Positions 55,499 to 64,000 of a stretch of DNA of 64,000 nucleotides are shown here, piece after piece. Both the position numbers and the translations under genes were made by a program. Location: assembly GCA_964631405.1 (NCBI GenBank), contig CAZVYB010000001.1, forward strand, positions 4,435 to 68,434, written 5' to 3'. Position 1 is the first letter of the stretch. Each line of letters opens with the position of its first letter. The DNA comes from an uncultured Lachnospiraceae bacterium (lineage in GTDB: Bacteria; Bacillota; Clostridia; Christensenellales; UBA1242). The notes under the pieces were generated by a model. The model ran no database searches. It worked only from the letters and a program-made list of their open reading frames with translations, and was not told the DNA's origin.

Positions 55499-55527
55499 AT
55501 TATATAATAAATAAAGGCGTTTGTCAA
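55499..55527 (-). promoter_or_regulatory. Perfect consensus sigma-A promoter of the giant-protein operon
   Basis: Minus strand TTGACA (55527-22), exactly 17 nt, TATAAT (55504-55499); T9A9 tract at 55531-48 immediately upstream. Confidence 0.75.
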
Positions 55528-55632
55528 CTCTTTTTTTTTAAAAAAAAACTTTATTTAAAAACGATAAAATTTAAAAGAGGATATTTATGTATAAAAATTT
55601 ATAAAAATGAATAAATATTCATTCAAAATCAC

Positions 55633-55661
55633 TTGCACTAAGTATTTATGTATGTTATAAT
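55633..55661 (+). promoter_or_regulatory. Promoter of the 221-aa hypothetical gene
   Basis: TTGCAC, 17-nt spacer, TATAAT (55656-61); palindrome AATGAATA-aa-TATTCATT at 55606-23 just upstream. Confidence 0.55.
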
Positions 55662-55685
55662 AATAAAAAACAACGGGGGATACAT

Positions 55686-56351
55686 ATGAAGATTGCCGAA
55701 ACAATGAGAGAAGAATTTAAAGAAAGGGTGCTTGATGATATGACAGGCGAAATTGACCAAGAGGCATCTTGGGCAATCTTGAATGGTCTTGTGATTTCAT
55801 ACCTAAAAGCCAATAAAATTTACAGTAAAGATAGAGAAGAGAAACTTAATGTCGCCATCAAAAAGGTTATTATGTCACTTCCAAAATACCGCTTTGCTTG
55901 TGATGTCTATGACACAGAAGAGAAGGCAGAGGAGTATTTTGCCCTCTGCCCACAAGAAATTGTTGCAGGACTTTCTTATGAAGATATTTGCGAAGAAAAG
56001 GTGATGGAAATTGCCGATAAAGTCGTTGAATTTTCTGCTGAAAATGGCGTTGTTGAAGGCGGAAAGATGTCAATACCAGATAGAGGAATTTCAAAGGCAA
56101 GCATGGAGGAGTTCAAGTCTGCCAAAAATGCGGTTATGGGCAATATTGTTGCCATAAAAAATAGCGAAATTGAAAGTGCATACTCAATCGCACTTGACTA
56201 TTTCTTGAACTTTGCCAAAAAGGCTGTAAATGACGAGGTGAGATTTCATTCGGCAAACTCGCAGTATATCGTAAAATTTTATTCAAACATTCTTCATTCA
56301 AAACAAAAGGAAGGGGCAGAAGAGGAAGACGGGACAGAAAACTTTGCTTAG
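55686..56351 (+). CDS. Hypothetical acidic cytoplasmic protein (221 aa)
   Basis: Clean ORF with GGGGGA RBS; no TM and no motif recognised. Confidence 0.6.
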   Translation: MKIAETMREEFKERVLDDMTGEIDQEASWAILNGLVISYLKANKIYSKDREEKLNVAIKKVIMSLPKYRFACDVYDTEEKAEEYFALCPQEIVAGLSYEDICEEKVMEIADKVVEFSAENGVVEGGKMSIPDRGISKASMEEFKSAKNAVMGNIVAIKNSEIESAYSIALDYFLNFAKKAVNDEVRFHSANSQYIVKFYSNILHSKQKEGAEEEDGTENFA

Positions 56352-56429
56352 TATTTTGAAGATTATAAAAGAAAAGGCAATTGCTTGCAAAGGTTGTGAA
56401 AAATTTTTCAAATAATCATGCAAAAATGC

Positions 56430-56458
56430 TTGACAAATGAGATTAAGTTATATAAAAT
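56430..56458 (+). promoter_or_regulatory. Promoter upstream of rplM-rpsI
   Basis: TTGACA (56430-35), 17-nt spacer, TAAAAT (56453-58). Confidence 0.55.
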
Positions 56459-56628
56459 AAAAAGCGTCTTAATTTGAGGCGTTTTTTGTTTTGCTTAAAG
56501 CCCCGCAAAAGAAAATGCTGATAGACAAAAGTTAAATTCTGGCAAAACCTATGCTCATGAATAGGCAGGCGTGCAGATGATTTCAACGGCATTTGTGCGA
56601 TATTGACGGAAAGATTTTTGGAGGAATA
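56459..56628 (+). promoter_or_regulatory. Long structured 5' UTR of rplM-rpsI (possible L13-type ribosomal protein leader)
   Basis: ~165 nt between promoter and ATG. Hairpin plus T6 run at 56464-88. Further hairpins TTTTGC/GCAAAA and CCTAT/ATAGG. An L13 leader is known in low-GC Gram-positives, but I cannot verify a match by eye. Confidence 0.3.
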
Positions 56629-57072
56629 ATGAAAACATATATGGCAAAACCAGCGGACATTGAAAGAAAATGGTTCGTTGTAGACGCAGCAGGCGTGCCT
56701 CTTGGAAGAGTAGCAAGCCAAGTTGCAGACATTTTGACAGGAAAAAATAAAACAATCTATACACCACATGTAGACTGCGGAGATTTCGTTGTGGTAATCA
56801 ATTCTGATAAGGCAGTCCTTACAGGAAAAAAACTTACTGACAAAAAACTTAGATGGCATACAGGCTATGTTGGCGGACTTAAAGAAGTTGACTATGGCAC
56901 ACTTATGCAAAAGGATTCACCAAAGGCAGTTCACACTGCTGTAAAAGGAATGCTTCCTAAGACAACACTTGGCAGAAAGCAAATCACAAGACTTCATATC
57001 TATAAAGATGAGGCTCATAAACACGAGGCTCAAAAACCAGAAAAAGTTGAAGTAAAAGGAGCAAGAAACTAA
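56629..57072 (+). CDS. rplM: 50S ribosomal protein L13
   Basis: [20 protein letters not shown] typical L13 N-terminus; GGAGGA RBS; start 56629 rather than 56593. Confidence 0.95.
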   Translation: MKTYMAKPADIERKWFVVDAAGVPLGRVASQVADILTGKNKTIYTPHVDCGDFVVVINSDKAVLTGKKLTDKKLRWHTGYVGGLKEVDYGTLMQKDSPKAVHTAVKGMLPKTTLGRKQITRLHIYKDEAHKHEAQKPEKVEVKGARN

Positions 57073-57479
57073 TGGCAGAGAAAAAGACAAAGCCAGCACA
57101 AATTATTTCAACTGGCAGAAGAAAGAAATCAATTGCAAGAGTAAGACTTTTTGCAGGTGAGGGACAAAACCTTGTAAATGGCAGAGATATGGGCGAGTAT
57201 CTTCAAAGAGATACACTCCTTTTGGTTGCAGAACAACCATTTGAAGTATCAGGCACAAAGGGCAAATATCATGCAATCGTTCGTGTGACTGGTGGCGGAA
57301 TTTCTGGTCAAGCAGGTGCAATTTGCCACGGTATCGCTCGTGCTCTTGTAAAGGCTGATGAACAACTCAAACCAGAAATCAAGAAAGCAGGACTTCTCAC
57401 AAGAGATTCAAGAATGAAGGAAAGAAAGAAGTACGGTTTGAAGAAGGCAAGAAAGTCATCACAATTCTCAAAGAGATAA
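57072..57479 (+). CDS. rpsI: 30S ribosomal protein S9
   Basis: C-terminal [25 protein letters not shown] typical of S9; overlaps the rplM stop. Confidence 0.95.
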   Translation: MAEKKTKPAQIISTGRRKKSIARVRLFAGEGQNLVNGRDMGEYLQRDTLLLVAEQPFEVSGTKGKYHAIVRVTGGGISGQAGAICHGIARALVKADEQLKPEIKKAGLLTRDSRMKERKKYGLKKARKSSQFSKR

Positions 57480-57493
57480 TCAGATTTTCAAAA

Positions 57494-57518
57494 GAAGGTG
57501 CAATATCGCACCTTTTTT
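57494..57518 (+). terminator. Rho-independent terminator after rpsI
   Basis: AAGGTGC/GCACCTT stem followed by T6. Confidence 0.9.
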
Positions 57519-57593
57519 GCTTCATAAAATAAATACATTCAAATCCCTTTTGAAAAACAAGTGAGTGTGGTATAATTAGTTGAAGAGGAAAAT

Positions 57594-58529
57594 ATGGACA
57601 AAATTTATGATATTTTAATAATTGGTGGTGGCAGTGCAGGCATAACCGCAGGCATATACGCAAAGCGTGCGGGACGAGATGTTGCTGTTATAGAAAAATA
57701 TGCCCTTGGCGGTCAATTGAATGTGATTGGCAAGATTGAAAACTATACCGGTTTTGACCAAATTGAGGGGTATGACCTTGCTCAGAAATTTTCCAACCAT
57801 GCAAAATCGCAACTTTTAGACATCATACAAGAGGAGGCAACAGCGGTTGACCTTGCAGGAGAAATCAAAAAGGTGACAACGCCTCAGGGAGAGCACTTTG
57901 CATATGCGGTGATATTTGCCATGGGCAGTTTTTCACGAGAACTTGGGATTGAGGGAGAAGGTCAATTTAAGGGGCGTGGAGTTAGTTATTGTGCCATTTG
58001 CGACGGCAACTTTTTCAAAGGAAAAAGGGTTGCAGTTGTTGGCTCTGGCGACTCTGCATTTGCTGACGCAAGGTATCTGGCTGGCATTTGCAAAGAGGTC
58101 TACATTTTGACCAAAGACAATCTAAAATTGCATAATTATGCAGAAAACGAGTTTGTTGACGACCAAAATGTGACCATTATACGAGGGGGGTATTCGCAAA
58201 AAATTGAAGGACAAGAAACAGTCCAAAAACTTGTGTACAAACAAGGCGAAACCTTGAAACAACTTGATGTTGAGGGCGTGTTTGTCGCAATCGGCAGAAA
58301 ACCAGAAACTGATATGCTAAAAGATGTTTTGCAACTTGATGAACGGGGATATATCCTCACCAACGAGAAGATGGAAACCTCAATTGAAGGCGTTTATGCC
58401 TGCGGTGATGTAAGACATAACGAAATCAAACAAATTTCCACAGCAGTTGGCGAGGGGGCAATAGCTGGCACACAAGCAACTAAATATGTTCTCTTGCGAC
58501 AAGCACTAGCAAGAAATCAAGGCAAATAA
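57594..58529 (+). CDS. trxB: Thioredoxin-disulfide reductase
   Basis: GGGSAGITAGIYA FAD motif, redox CAICDG, GSGDSAF NADPH motif. Confidence 0.9.
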   Translation: MDKIYDILIIGGGSAGITAGIYAKRAGRDVAVIEKYALGGQLNVIGKIENYTGFDQIEGYDLAQKFSNHAKSQLLDIIQEEATAVDLAGEIKKVTTPQGEHFAYAVIFAMGSFSRELGIEGEGQFKGRGVSYCAICDGNFFKGKRVAVVGSGDSAFADARYLAGICKEVYILTKDNLKLHNYAENEFVDDQNVTIIRGGYSQKIEGQETVQKLVYKQGETLKQLDVEGVFVAIGRKPETDMLKDVLQLDERGYILTNEKMETSIEGVYACGDVRHNEIKQISTAVGEGAIAGTQATKYVLLRQALARNQGK

Positions 58530-58554
58530 ACTTGCCCAAAATGAATAAAAAAAT

Positions 58555-58578
58555 TGACGGGGAAGCCCGTCATTTTTT
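58555..58578. terminator. Bidirectional terminator between trxB and degV-family gene
   Basis: TGACGGG/CCCGTCA stem, GAAG loop, A7 before and T6 after. Confidence 0.9.
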
Positions 58579-58625
58579 ATATACATAATTTTTTAAAATT
58601 TATAATTAAATAACTTTTATTCTCA

Positions 58626-59456
58626 TTAGTGGCACAAAATCACGCCTTTTTCAAGGGCGTAGTAAGAGCATAAGCCCTTCATTGGCATGATTTGAATTTC
58701 TTTAAAGTTGCAAGTTTTTGAAATATCTTCTTTGAGTGCCAATGCTTCACTTTCGGCTTTGCAATGAGAGATGATAAGGGTGTCCTCTGAATAGTCCTGT
58801 TTTTTCTCTTTGATAAGTTGAATAAGTTTTGAAAAAGCATTTTTGATGCCGATAATTTTTTTCAAAATTTTGATTTCGCCTTCATGAGCAATGCAGATAG
58901 GGCGAATGACTAGGGTGCTTGCGATAAGCCCGGCAATTTTGCTCATTCTGCCGTTGTTGATAAGGTTGTCGAATTTTTGAAGGATAAACCAAAGCGATTT
59001 GCTGTCACGATATTCTTCAATTTTTGCAATGATTTCTTCAAAAGAAAGCCCTTCTTGAATAAGTTTTACAAGTCTGTTTACAATCAAAACCTCTGTTCCG
59101 CAGGTCGCCTTGCTGTCAACGATGTGCACATTTTCGCCATGCTCATAAGATTGCTTTGCCACCATTGCAGAGTTGTAACAACCAGAAAGTTTTGCGGTGA
59201 TAGTCACCACAAAGGTATGTTCTGCTTTGTCAAATTCTTCCAAGAAACTTTGAGGTGCAGGGCAGGCGGAAGTTGATTTTTTTGAAGAGTGCATGGCGTC
59301 AAGCATTTCGTCGATGTTGATGTTGTCGTCATCGACAAACTCTTTGTCCCCTGCAAGAACGGTAAGAGGAATGACTTTAAAACCAATGTCAAGCCCAGCG
59401 AGATAATCATTTTTAAGGTCTGACGCACTGTCAACCAAAATTTGAAATTTGTTCAT
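58626..59456 (-). CDS. DegV-family fatty-acid-binding protein
   Basis: MNKFQILVDSASDL N-terminus and overall 276-aa DegV pattern. Confidence 0.88.
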   Translation of the reverse strand: MNKFQILVDSASDLKNDYLAGLDIGFKVIPLTVLAGDKEFVDDDNINIDEMLDAMHSSKKSTSACPAPQSFLEEFDKAEHTFVVTITAKLSGCYNSAMVAKQSYEHGENVHIVDSKATCGTEVLIVNRLVKLIQEGLSFEEIIAKIEEYRDSKSLWFILQKFDNLINNGRMSKIAGLIASTLVIRPICIAHEGEIKILKKIIGIKNAFSKLIQLIKEKKQDYSEDTLIISHCKAESEALALKEDISKTCNFKEIQIMPMKGLCSYYALEKGVILCH

Positions 59457-59638
59457 ATAATACTCCTAATAAAAATGCACCAGATACAGCCGTATTGACT
59501 TTAATCTTTATGGAAATGCTTAAAAATTTGTGCAACTTGGGTACATTATAACTTAAATTTTCTTTTTTTCAAACTAAAAAGGGCTGATTTTTTCAAAAAA
59601 AACAAATTTTTTGTCACAAATCTTCATGTTCGACAAAA

Positions 59639-60847
59639 TTATTCATGCGGACGCTCTGTTCTGTTAATAAAATCAGCCATGTTGGAGGCGAGAAAAATTT
59701 TGCCATATTTTTTGTTTATTTCTTCTTGAACGGCTGACAATCCCTTGTTCTGTTCGTCAAACATAGAAATTTGCCAAACGCTGGCACTGGATAGCGAGGA
59801 TATTTTTAAGCGAACCGCTCGAATAGGCTGGCGAAAGTCATAAATTTCACAAACTATCTTTTCGGCCTCTCGGGCAATAATCTTCACTTCATTTGTGGGG
59901 ATAATTTTTTTTGATTTATGAAAGGTTTTTAGTGTGTTGCTTTTCACTGTGACAGAAAGCGTTTGACCTTTGACTTTATGCCTTATCATTCGCCCCGCCA
60001 CCTTTTGGGCGAGAAAATGCACAACTTTGCTCACTTCGTTTTTGCTTGTGATGTCCCTTGTTGTGGTTGTGCCATTGCCAATGCTTTTTGGTGGAGGAAG
60101 TTTATAATAGTCAAGCACAGGCACAACCCTTTCGCCTAAGAGGTCGCTTTTGAGGTTTACTCCAACAATCCCCATAACAGAGCGTAGATATCCATCTTCC
60201 AACTTTACAAAGTCGCCAATCGTGTTGACGCCAATTGAAGAAAAACGCCTTTCAAGCCGTTTACCAATGCCGATGATTGAGTTTAAAGGCAGGGGATACA
60301 CCATGCTTTTAATGGCGTCACGGGGGATAAGGGTGGTGAAATCTGGTTTACGCAAATCAGACCCAAGTTTTGCAAAAATTTTGGAAAAGGACACTCCTGC
60401 CGAAACTGTCAAGTGCAATTCTTTTTTAACCCGCTCTCGAATTTCATCAGCAATCTCTTTGCCTGATTTTTTCAGATAGTTAAGAGAGTTTGTCACATCA
60501 AGCCAGCACTCATCAAGCCCAAGAGGCTCAACAAAATTTGTATAGTCAAGATATATGTTGTGCAGTGCCAAACTGACCTCTTCGTATATGTCATAGTGGG
60601 GTGGCAGACATACAAGGTCGGGACAAATTGCAAGAGCCTCACCAATCACTTGCCCAGTTTTGACACCTGCTTTTTTTGCAAGTTCATTCTTCGCAAGGAT
60701 AACGCCCGTCCTCTTTTTTGGGTTGCCCGTCACTGCGACAGGCTTGCCACGAAGTTCTGGCTTTGTCGCACATTCAACCGAGGCAAAAAAGTTGTTTGCA
60801 TCAATGTGCAAAATAACCCGCTCTTTTGTTTGATTTTCTCCCTTCAT
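59639..60847 (-). CDS. dinB: DNA polymerase IV (Y-family)
   Basis: ILHIDANNFFASVE catalytic motif, SLDECWLDVT, GIGKRLERRF HhH region. Confidence 0.92.
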   Translation of the reverse strand: MKGENQTKERVILHIDANNFFASVECATKPELRGKPVAVTGNPKKRTGVILAKNELAKKAGVKTGQVIGEALAICPDLVCLPPHYDIYEEVSLALHNIYLDYTNFVEPLGLDECWLDVTNSLNYLKKSGKEIADEIRERVKKELHLTVSAGVSFSKIFAKLGSDLRKPDFTTLIPRDAIKSMVYPLPLNSIIGIGKRLERRFSSIGVNTIGDFVKLEDGYLRSVMGIVGVNLKSDLLGERVVPVLDYYKLPPPKSIGNGTTTTRDITSKNEVSKVVHFLAQKVAGRMIRHKVKGQTLSVTVKSNTLKTFHKSKKIIPTNEVKIIAREAEKIVCEIYDFRQPIRAVRLKISSLSSASVWQISMFDEQNKGLSAVQEEINKKYGKIFLASNMADFINRTERPHE

Positions 60848-60879
60848 TTATTGTATAATGGGAAGGAAATGGGAGAAAT

Positions 60880-61833
60880 ATGCAAAAATTTACAATCAAA
60901 CAACTGAAAAACGCATATTGCGACGCAATCGGTCTTGCTCTTGACGAATTTGTGGAAATACGAGAAATAGAGGAAGAAGATTTGCTGAAAATTTTGACAA
61001 AGTCAGACCTTGAAAAAATTTGCAAATACTCAATACTTAAAAATAAACTTGCTGGCGTGGGCGAAGTTTTCATAAAAACGCCACTGCCTAAAACAATAAC
61101 GCCAATTTTGGAAGAGTGTCAAATGAGGGGACTGGAAATTCTTTCGGCAAGACTGATTGACTGTCTCACCGCTGGTGATTTAGTGGGCGGAAGGATTATG
61201 ATTGAGGTTGAAAGCCTGCTTGATTATAATGAGGACTACCTTTCAAAAATTGTGGATTTTTGTGCCACAACAGACGCCCCCTTGCTTATAAGACTGGGGC
61301 AGACGCTTGAAGAGGTTGGCAAGGTGGTCAATAAATTTGGAATTTCGCCTGCCGAAGTGTTGGAACAATATGGTTTTTTAGATAGAAAGTGCTATATTTA
61401 CGGCATGAACTTCATTGATAAAGACGACCAAAAACTGCTTAAAAAATATTCGCCGACAATAATTTTGTCGCCAAGAGATGATGGCGAGGAGGGCAGAGGT
61501 GCGATAAATTTGTATAATTTGAATTTTCATGCGTTAAAGTTTGTGTTTTCTAGTGGAAAATGCTATAATGTGGATATGTTTTTAGAGGGAAAACTCGCTA
61601 TGCAAAACACAGCAAACCTTATGTATGAGGGTGGACTTGTTGATGCAGAAGGGGTTTTAAACGCCCTTCAATGCGACCACGGCAGACTTGAACTTGACCA
61701 TGAAGAGGACTGCCCGATAAGGACAATCTTAGACAAAAAGATTGAAATTGAGGACAACCAACTAAAAACAACGCTATCAACTTTGCGGGAGGAAATCAAG
61801 AGGATAGCAAACAAGATAAAGGAGAAAATTTAA
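60880..61833 (+). CDS. Amidohydrolase-fold protein lacking the metal/catalytic residues (pseudo-enzyme candidate)
   Basis: Collinear by eye with MtaD/SsnA-type deaminases (ISPAEVLEQYGFLD..., LSPRDDGEEGRGAINLYNL, DMFLEGKLAMQ). The conserved HLSET is IRLGQT, AHCVH is IYGMN, and GTDG is SSGK. Confidence 0.45.
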   Translation: MQKFTIKQLKNAYCDAIGLALDEFVEIREIEEEDLLKILTKSDLEKICKYSILKNKLAGVGEVFIKTPLPKTITPILEECQMRGLEILSARLIDCLTAGDLVGGRIMIEVESLLDYNEDYLSKIVDFCATTDAPLLIRLGQTLEEVGKVVNKFGISPAEVLEQYGFLDRKCYIYGMNFIDKDDQKLLKKYSPTIILSPRDDGEEGRGAINLYNLNFHALKFVFSSGKCYNVDMFLEGKLAMQNTANLMYEGGLVDAEGVLNALQCDHGRLELDHEEDCPIRTILDKKIEIEDNQLKTTLSTLREEIKRIANKIKEKI

Positions 61834-63983
61834 TGGAACTACACATCACACTCGCACAAGAATTTGGGATAAAAGAGGAGTATAGCCAAAACATCATCAA
61901 TTTGCTTGATGAGGGTTGCACAATCCCATTCATTGCCAGATATAGAAAGGAAATGCACGGCACTTGCGACGACCAAACATTGCGTGCTTTTGCCGATAGA
62001 CTGAAATATCTTCGCAACTTGAATGATGAAAAGGCAAAAGTTGAAAAGACAATCACAGAACAGGGCAAATGGACGGAAGAACTTAAAATCGCCCTTGAAA
62101 ACGCAAGAACGCTGACAGAAGTTGAGGATATTTATCGCCCATATAAGCCAAAGAGAAAGACAAGGGCGTCTGTCGCAATCGCCAAGGGGCTAGAACCGCT
62201 TGCCGATATTTTGCAGGCACAATCAAAGGCATATGTCGTTATGGAAGAGGCAGAAAAGTTTGTCACCGAAGAGGTAAAAACGGCAAAAGAGGCAATTGCT
62301 GGTGCAAAGGATATTATTGCTGAGCGTATCAGCGATAGTGCCGATGTCCGAAAGGAACTTCGTGTGCTTATTGAAAATAAAGCGACTATGGAGTGTGAAC
62401 TTCAAGAGAATGAAAACAGCGGTGTGTATGAAACATATGCGGGCTTCAAACAAGAGGTGAAAAACCTGCCTAGCCACCGAATTTTGGCAATCAATCGCGG
62501 AGAGAAGGAGAAGTGCCTTAAAGTTGAAATAATCATCAACCGTGACCTTGCCCTTGGCATTATAAACAAGGAATTTAAAAAGGATAATGAAGATACAAAC
62601 GCCCTCATGGAGGAAACAATTGAGGACGCATACGACCGTCTTTTGTTCCCATCGCTTGAAAGAGAGTGCAGAAGCGATCTGACAGATAGGGCAAATGAGC
62701 AGGCAATCAAGATGTTTGAGGTCAACTTGAAACCACTTCTTATGGAAGCCCCACTTAAAAATAATATAATTTTGGGACTTGACCCGGCATATAGAACTGG
62801 TTGTAAAATTGCTGTGATTGATGTGAATGGAAATGTACTTGACACCACAGTAATTTACCCAACGCCACCACAATCAAAAACAGAAGAGTCAATCGCAAAA
62901 CTTAAAACACTGATTGATAAACATAAAGTAGACATCATTTCAATCGGCAATGGCACTGCATCAAAAGAGGCAGAAATTTTTGTTGCCGAACTTATAAAAC
63001 ATATATCTCGCCCAGTAAGTTACGCCGTAGTAAGCGAGGCGGGAGCGTCGGTTTATTCTGCATCAAAACTTGGTGCGGAGGAGTTTCCTGACTATGATGT
63101 GTCACTAAGAAGTGCGGTTTCAATTGCAAGACGCCTTCAAGACCCACTTGCCGAACTTATCAAAATTGATGTCAAATCAATTGGCGTTGGACAATATCAG
63201 CATGATATGCCACAAAATAGATTGACCGAGGTGCTGACGGGGGTTGTTGAGGACTGCGTAAACAGCGTTGGGGTAGACATCAACACAGCAAGCCCATCAC
63301 TTCTTTCATATGTGTCAGGACTTAATATGTCAATCGCAAAAAATATTGTCACTTATAGGGCAAAAGTCAAGGGCATCAAGAATAGACAAGAACTGCTTTC
63401 TGTGCCAAAACTTGGGCCAAAAGCCTATGAACAATGTGCGGGCTTCCTTCGTGTTGTAGGAGGGGAGAATATACTTGATAATACATCAGTTCACCCAGAA
63501 AGTTATGACGCAACACGAAAACTTTTAAAACTTTTTGATATGACAGAAAAAGATGTAGAGAATGGAAATATTGCATCACTTCCAAAACTTATCGACCTTA
63601 AAGGTGCGGAAAAGGTGGCAAAAGAGTGTGAAATAGGCATTCCAACCCTTGCAGACATCACAAAAGAACTGCTCAAACCGGGCAGAGATATCCGTGAAAG
63701 TATGCCAAAACCAGTGCTTCGCAGTGATGTTATCACAATGGAGGATTTGAAAGAAGGTATGATTATGTCAGGCATTGTAAGAAATGTCATTGATTTTGGT
63801 GCGTTTGTCGATATCGGTGTACACCAAGACGGACTTGTGCATATCAGCCAAATAAGCGACTCGTTTATCAAACACCCATCAGAGGCACTTAAAGTGGGAC
63901 AACGGGTTGATGTCAAGGTGCTTTCTGTTGACCTTAACAAGAAAAGAATTTCACTTACGATGAAGGGGATAGAAAAGGAGTAA
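61833..63983 (+). CDS. tex: Tex-family transcription accessory protein (S1 RNA-binding)
   Basis: 716 aa; IPFIARYRKE N-terminus, YqgF-like GLDPAYRTGCKIAVID, HhH region, C-terminal S1 domain GIVRNVIDFGAFVDIG. Confidence 0.93.
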   Translation: MELHITLAQEFGIKEEYSQNIINLLDEGCTIPFIARYRKEMHGTCDDQTLRAFADRLKYLRNLNDEKAKVEKTITEQGKWTEELKIALENARTLTEVEDIYRPYKPKRKTRASVAIAKGLEPLADILQAQSKAYVVMEEAEKFVTEEVKTAKEAIAGAKDIIAERISDSADVRKELRVLIENKATMECELQENENSGVYETYAGFKQEVKNLPSHRILAINRGEKEKCLKVEIIINRDLALGIINKEFKKDNEDTNALMEETIEDAYDRLLFPSLERECRSDLTDRANEQAIKMFEVNLKPLLMEAPLKNNIILGLDPAYRTGCKIAVIDVNGNVLDTTVIYPTPPQSKTEESIAKLKTLIDKHKVDIISIGNGTASKEAEIFVAELIKHISRPVSYAVVSEAGASVYSASKLGAEEFPDYDVSLRSAVSIARRLQDPLAELIKIDVKSIGVGQYQHDMPQNRLTEVLTGVVEDCVNSVGVDINTASPSLLSYVSGLNMSIAKNIVTYRAKVKGIKNRQELLSVPKLGPKAYEQCAGFLRVVGGENILDNTSVHPESYDATRKLLKLFDMTEKDVENGNIASLPKLIDLKGAEKVAKECEIGIPTLADITKELLKPGRDIRESMPKPVLRSDVITMEDLKEGMIMSGIVRNVIDFGAFVDIGVHQDGLVHISQISDSFIKHPSEALKVGQRVDVKVLSVDLNKKRISLTMKGIEKE

Positions 63984-64000
63984 AATCCTTTTTTGTTCTT

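Noticed and set aside
55380-55640. Invertible (phase-variable) promoter for the giant operon
   Set aside because: I searched for inverted repeats flanking the promoter. I found only the T9A9 tract and a local palindrome (55606-23). No flanking IR pair and no recombinase gene is nearby.
60848-60879. LexA/Cheo box (GAAC-N4-GTTC) upstream of dinB
   Set aside because: No such motif exists in the 32-bp intergenic region or in the adjacent ~60 bp.

Overview
Low-GC, Firmicutes/Clostridia-like chromosomal segment; the taxon is an inference from gene content, gene order and protein sequences. I count about 60 protein-coding genes. I found no rRNA or tRNA genes, no CRISPR array and no transposase or integrase. 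The backbone is housekeeping: partial hemW, then the conserved ylxM-ffh-rpsP-khpA-rimM-trmD cluster (rplS absent from its usual slot) followed by rbgA and yraN. Further along are murG, a type IIA topoisomerase pair that reads ParE/ParC-like rather than gyrase, groES-groEL, tadA, rlmH, greA, RNase J and tsaE-tsaB. The rest is an mreB-like gene with minD-minE, rplM-rpsI, trxB, degV, dinB and tex. Three accessory islands encode very large membrane-anchored surface proteins. The first is a 1551-aa papain-like (C1) peptidase with nine InlB-B-type repeats (21.3-26.0 kb). The second is a 1110-aa protein with four jelly-roll-like units (36.3-39.6 kb). The third is a two-gene operon (46.1-55.2 kb) for a 470-aa type II membrane protein plus a 2540-aa secreted giant built from about five ~401-aa modules of a family I do not recognise. 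Two adjacent modules of the giant are identical over 1107 bp with 1 mismatch. That operon has a perfect consensus promoter and a ~295-nt leader. Other items worth follow-up: (1) a 53-nt hairpin motif present twice, each copy starting exactly 1 nt after a TAA stop, with compensatory stem changes; (2) a GC-rich hairpin cluster (candidate sRNA) between convergent genes; (3) an XRE switch region with a frameshifted partner gene; (4) a tandem-OB SSB-like protein; (5) a zinc-ribbon protein with an extreme poly-Asp/Glu tail; (6) several apparent pseudo-enzymes (ABC ATPase, Ppx/GppA, amidohydrolase). All family assignments come from reading motifs by eye; no database search was possible.
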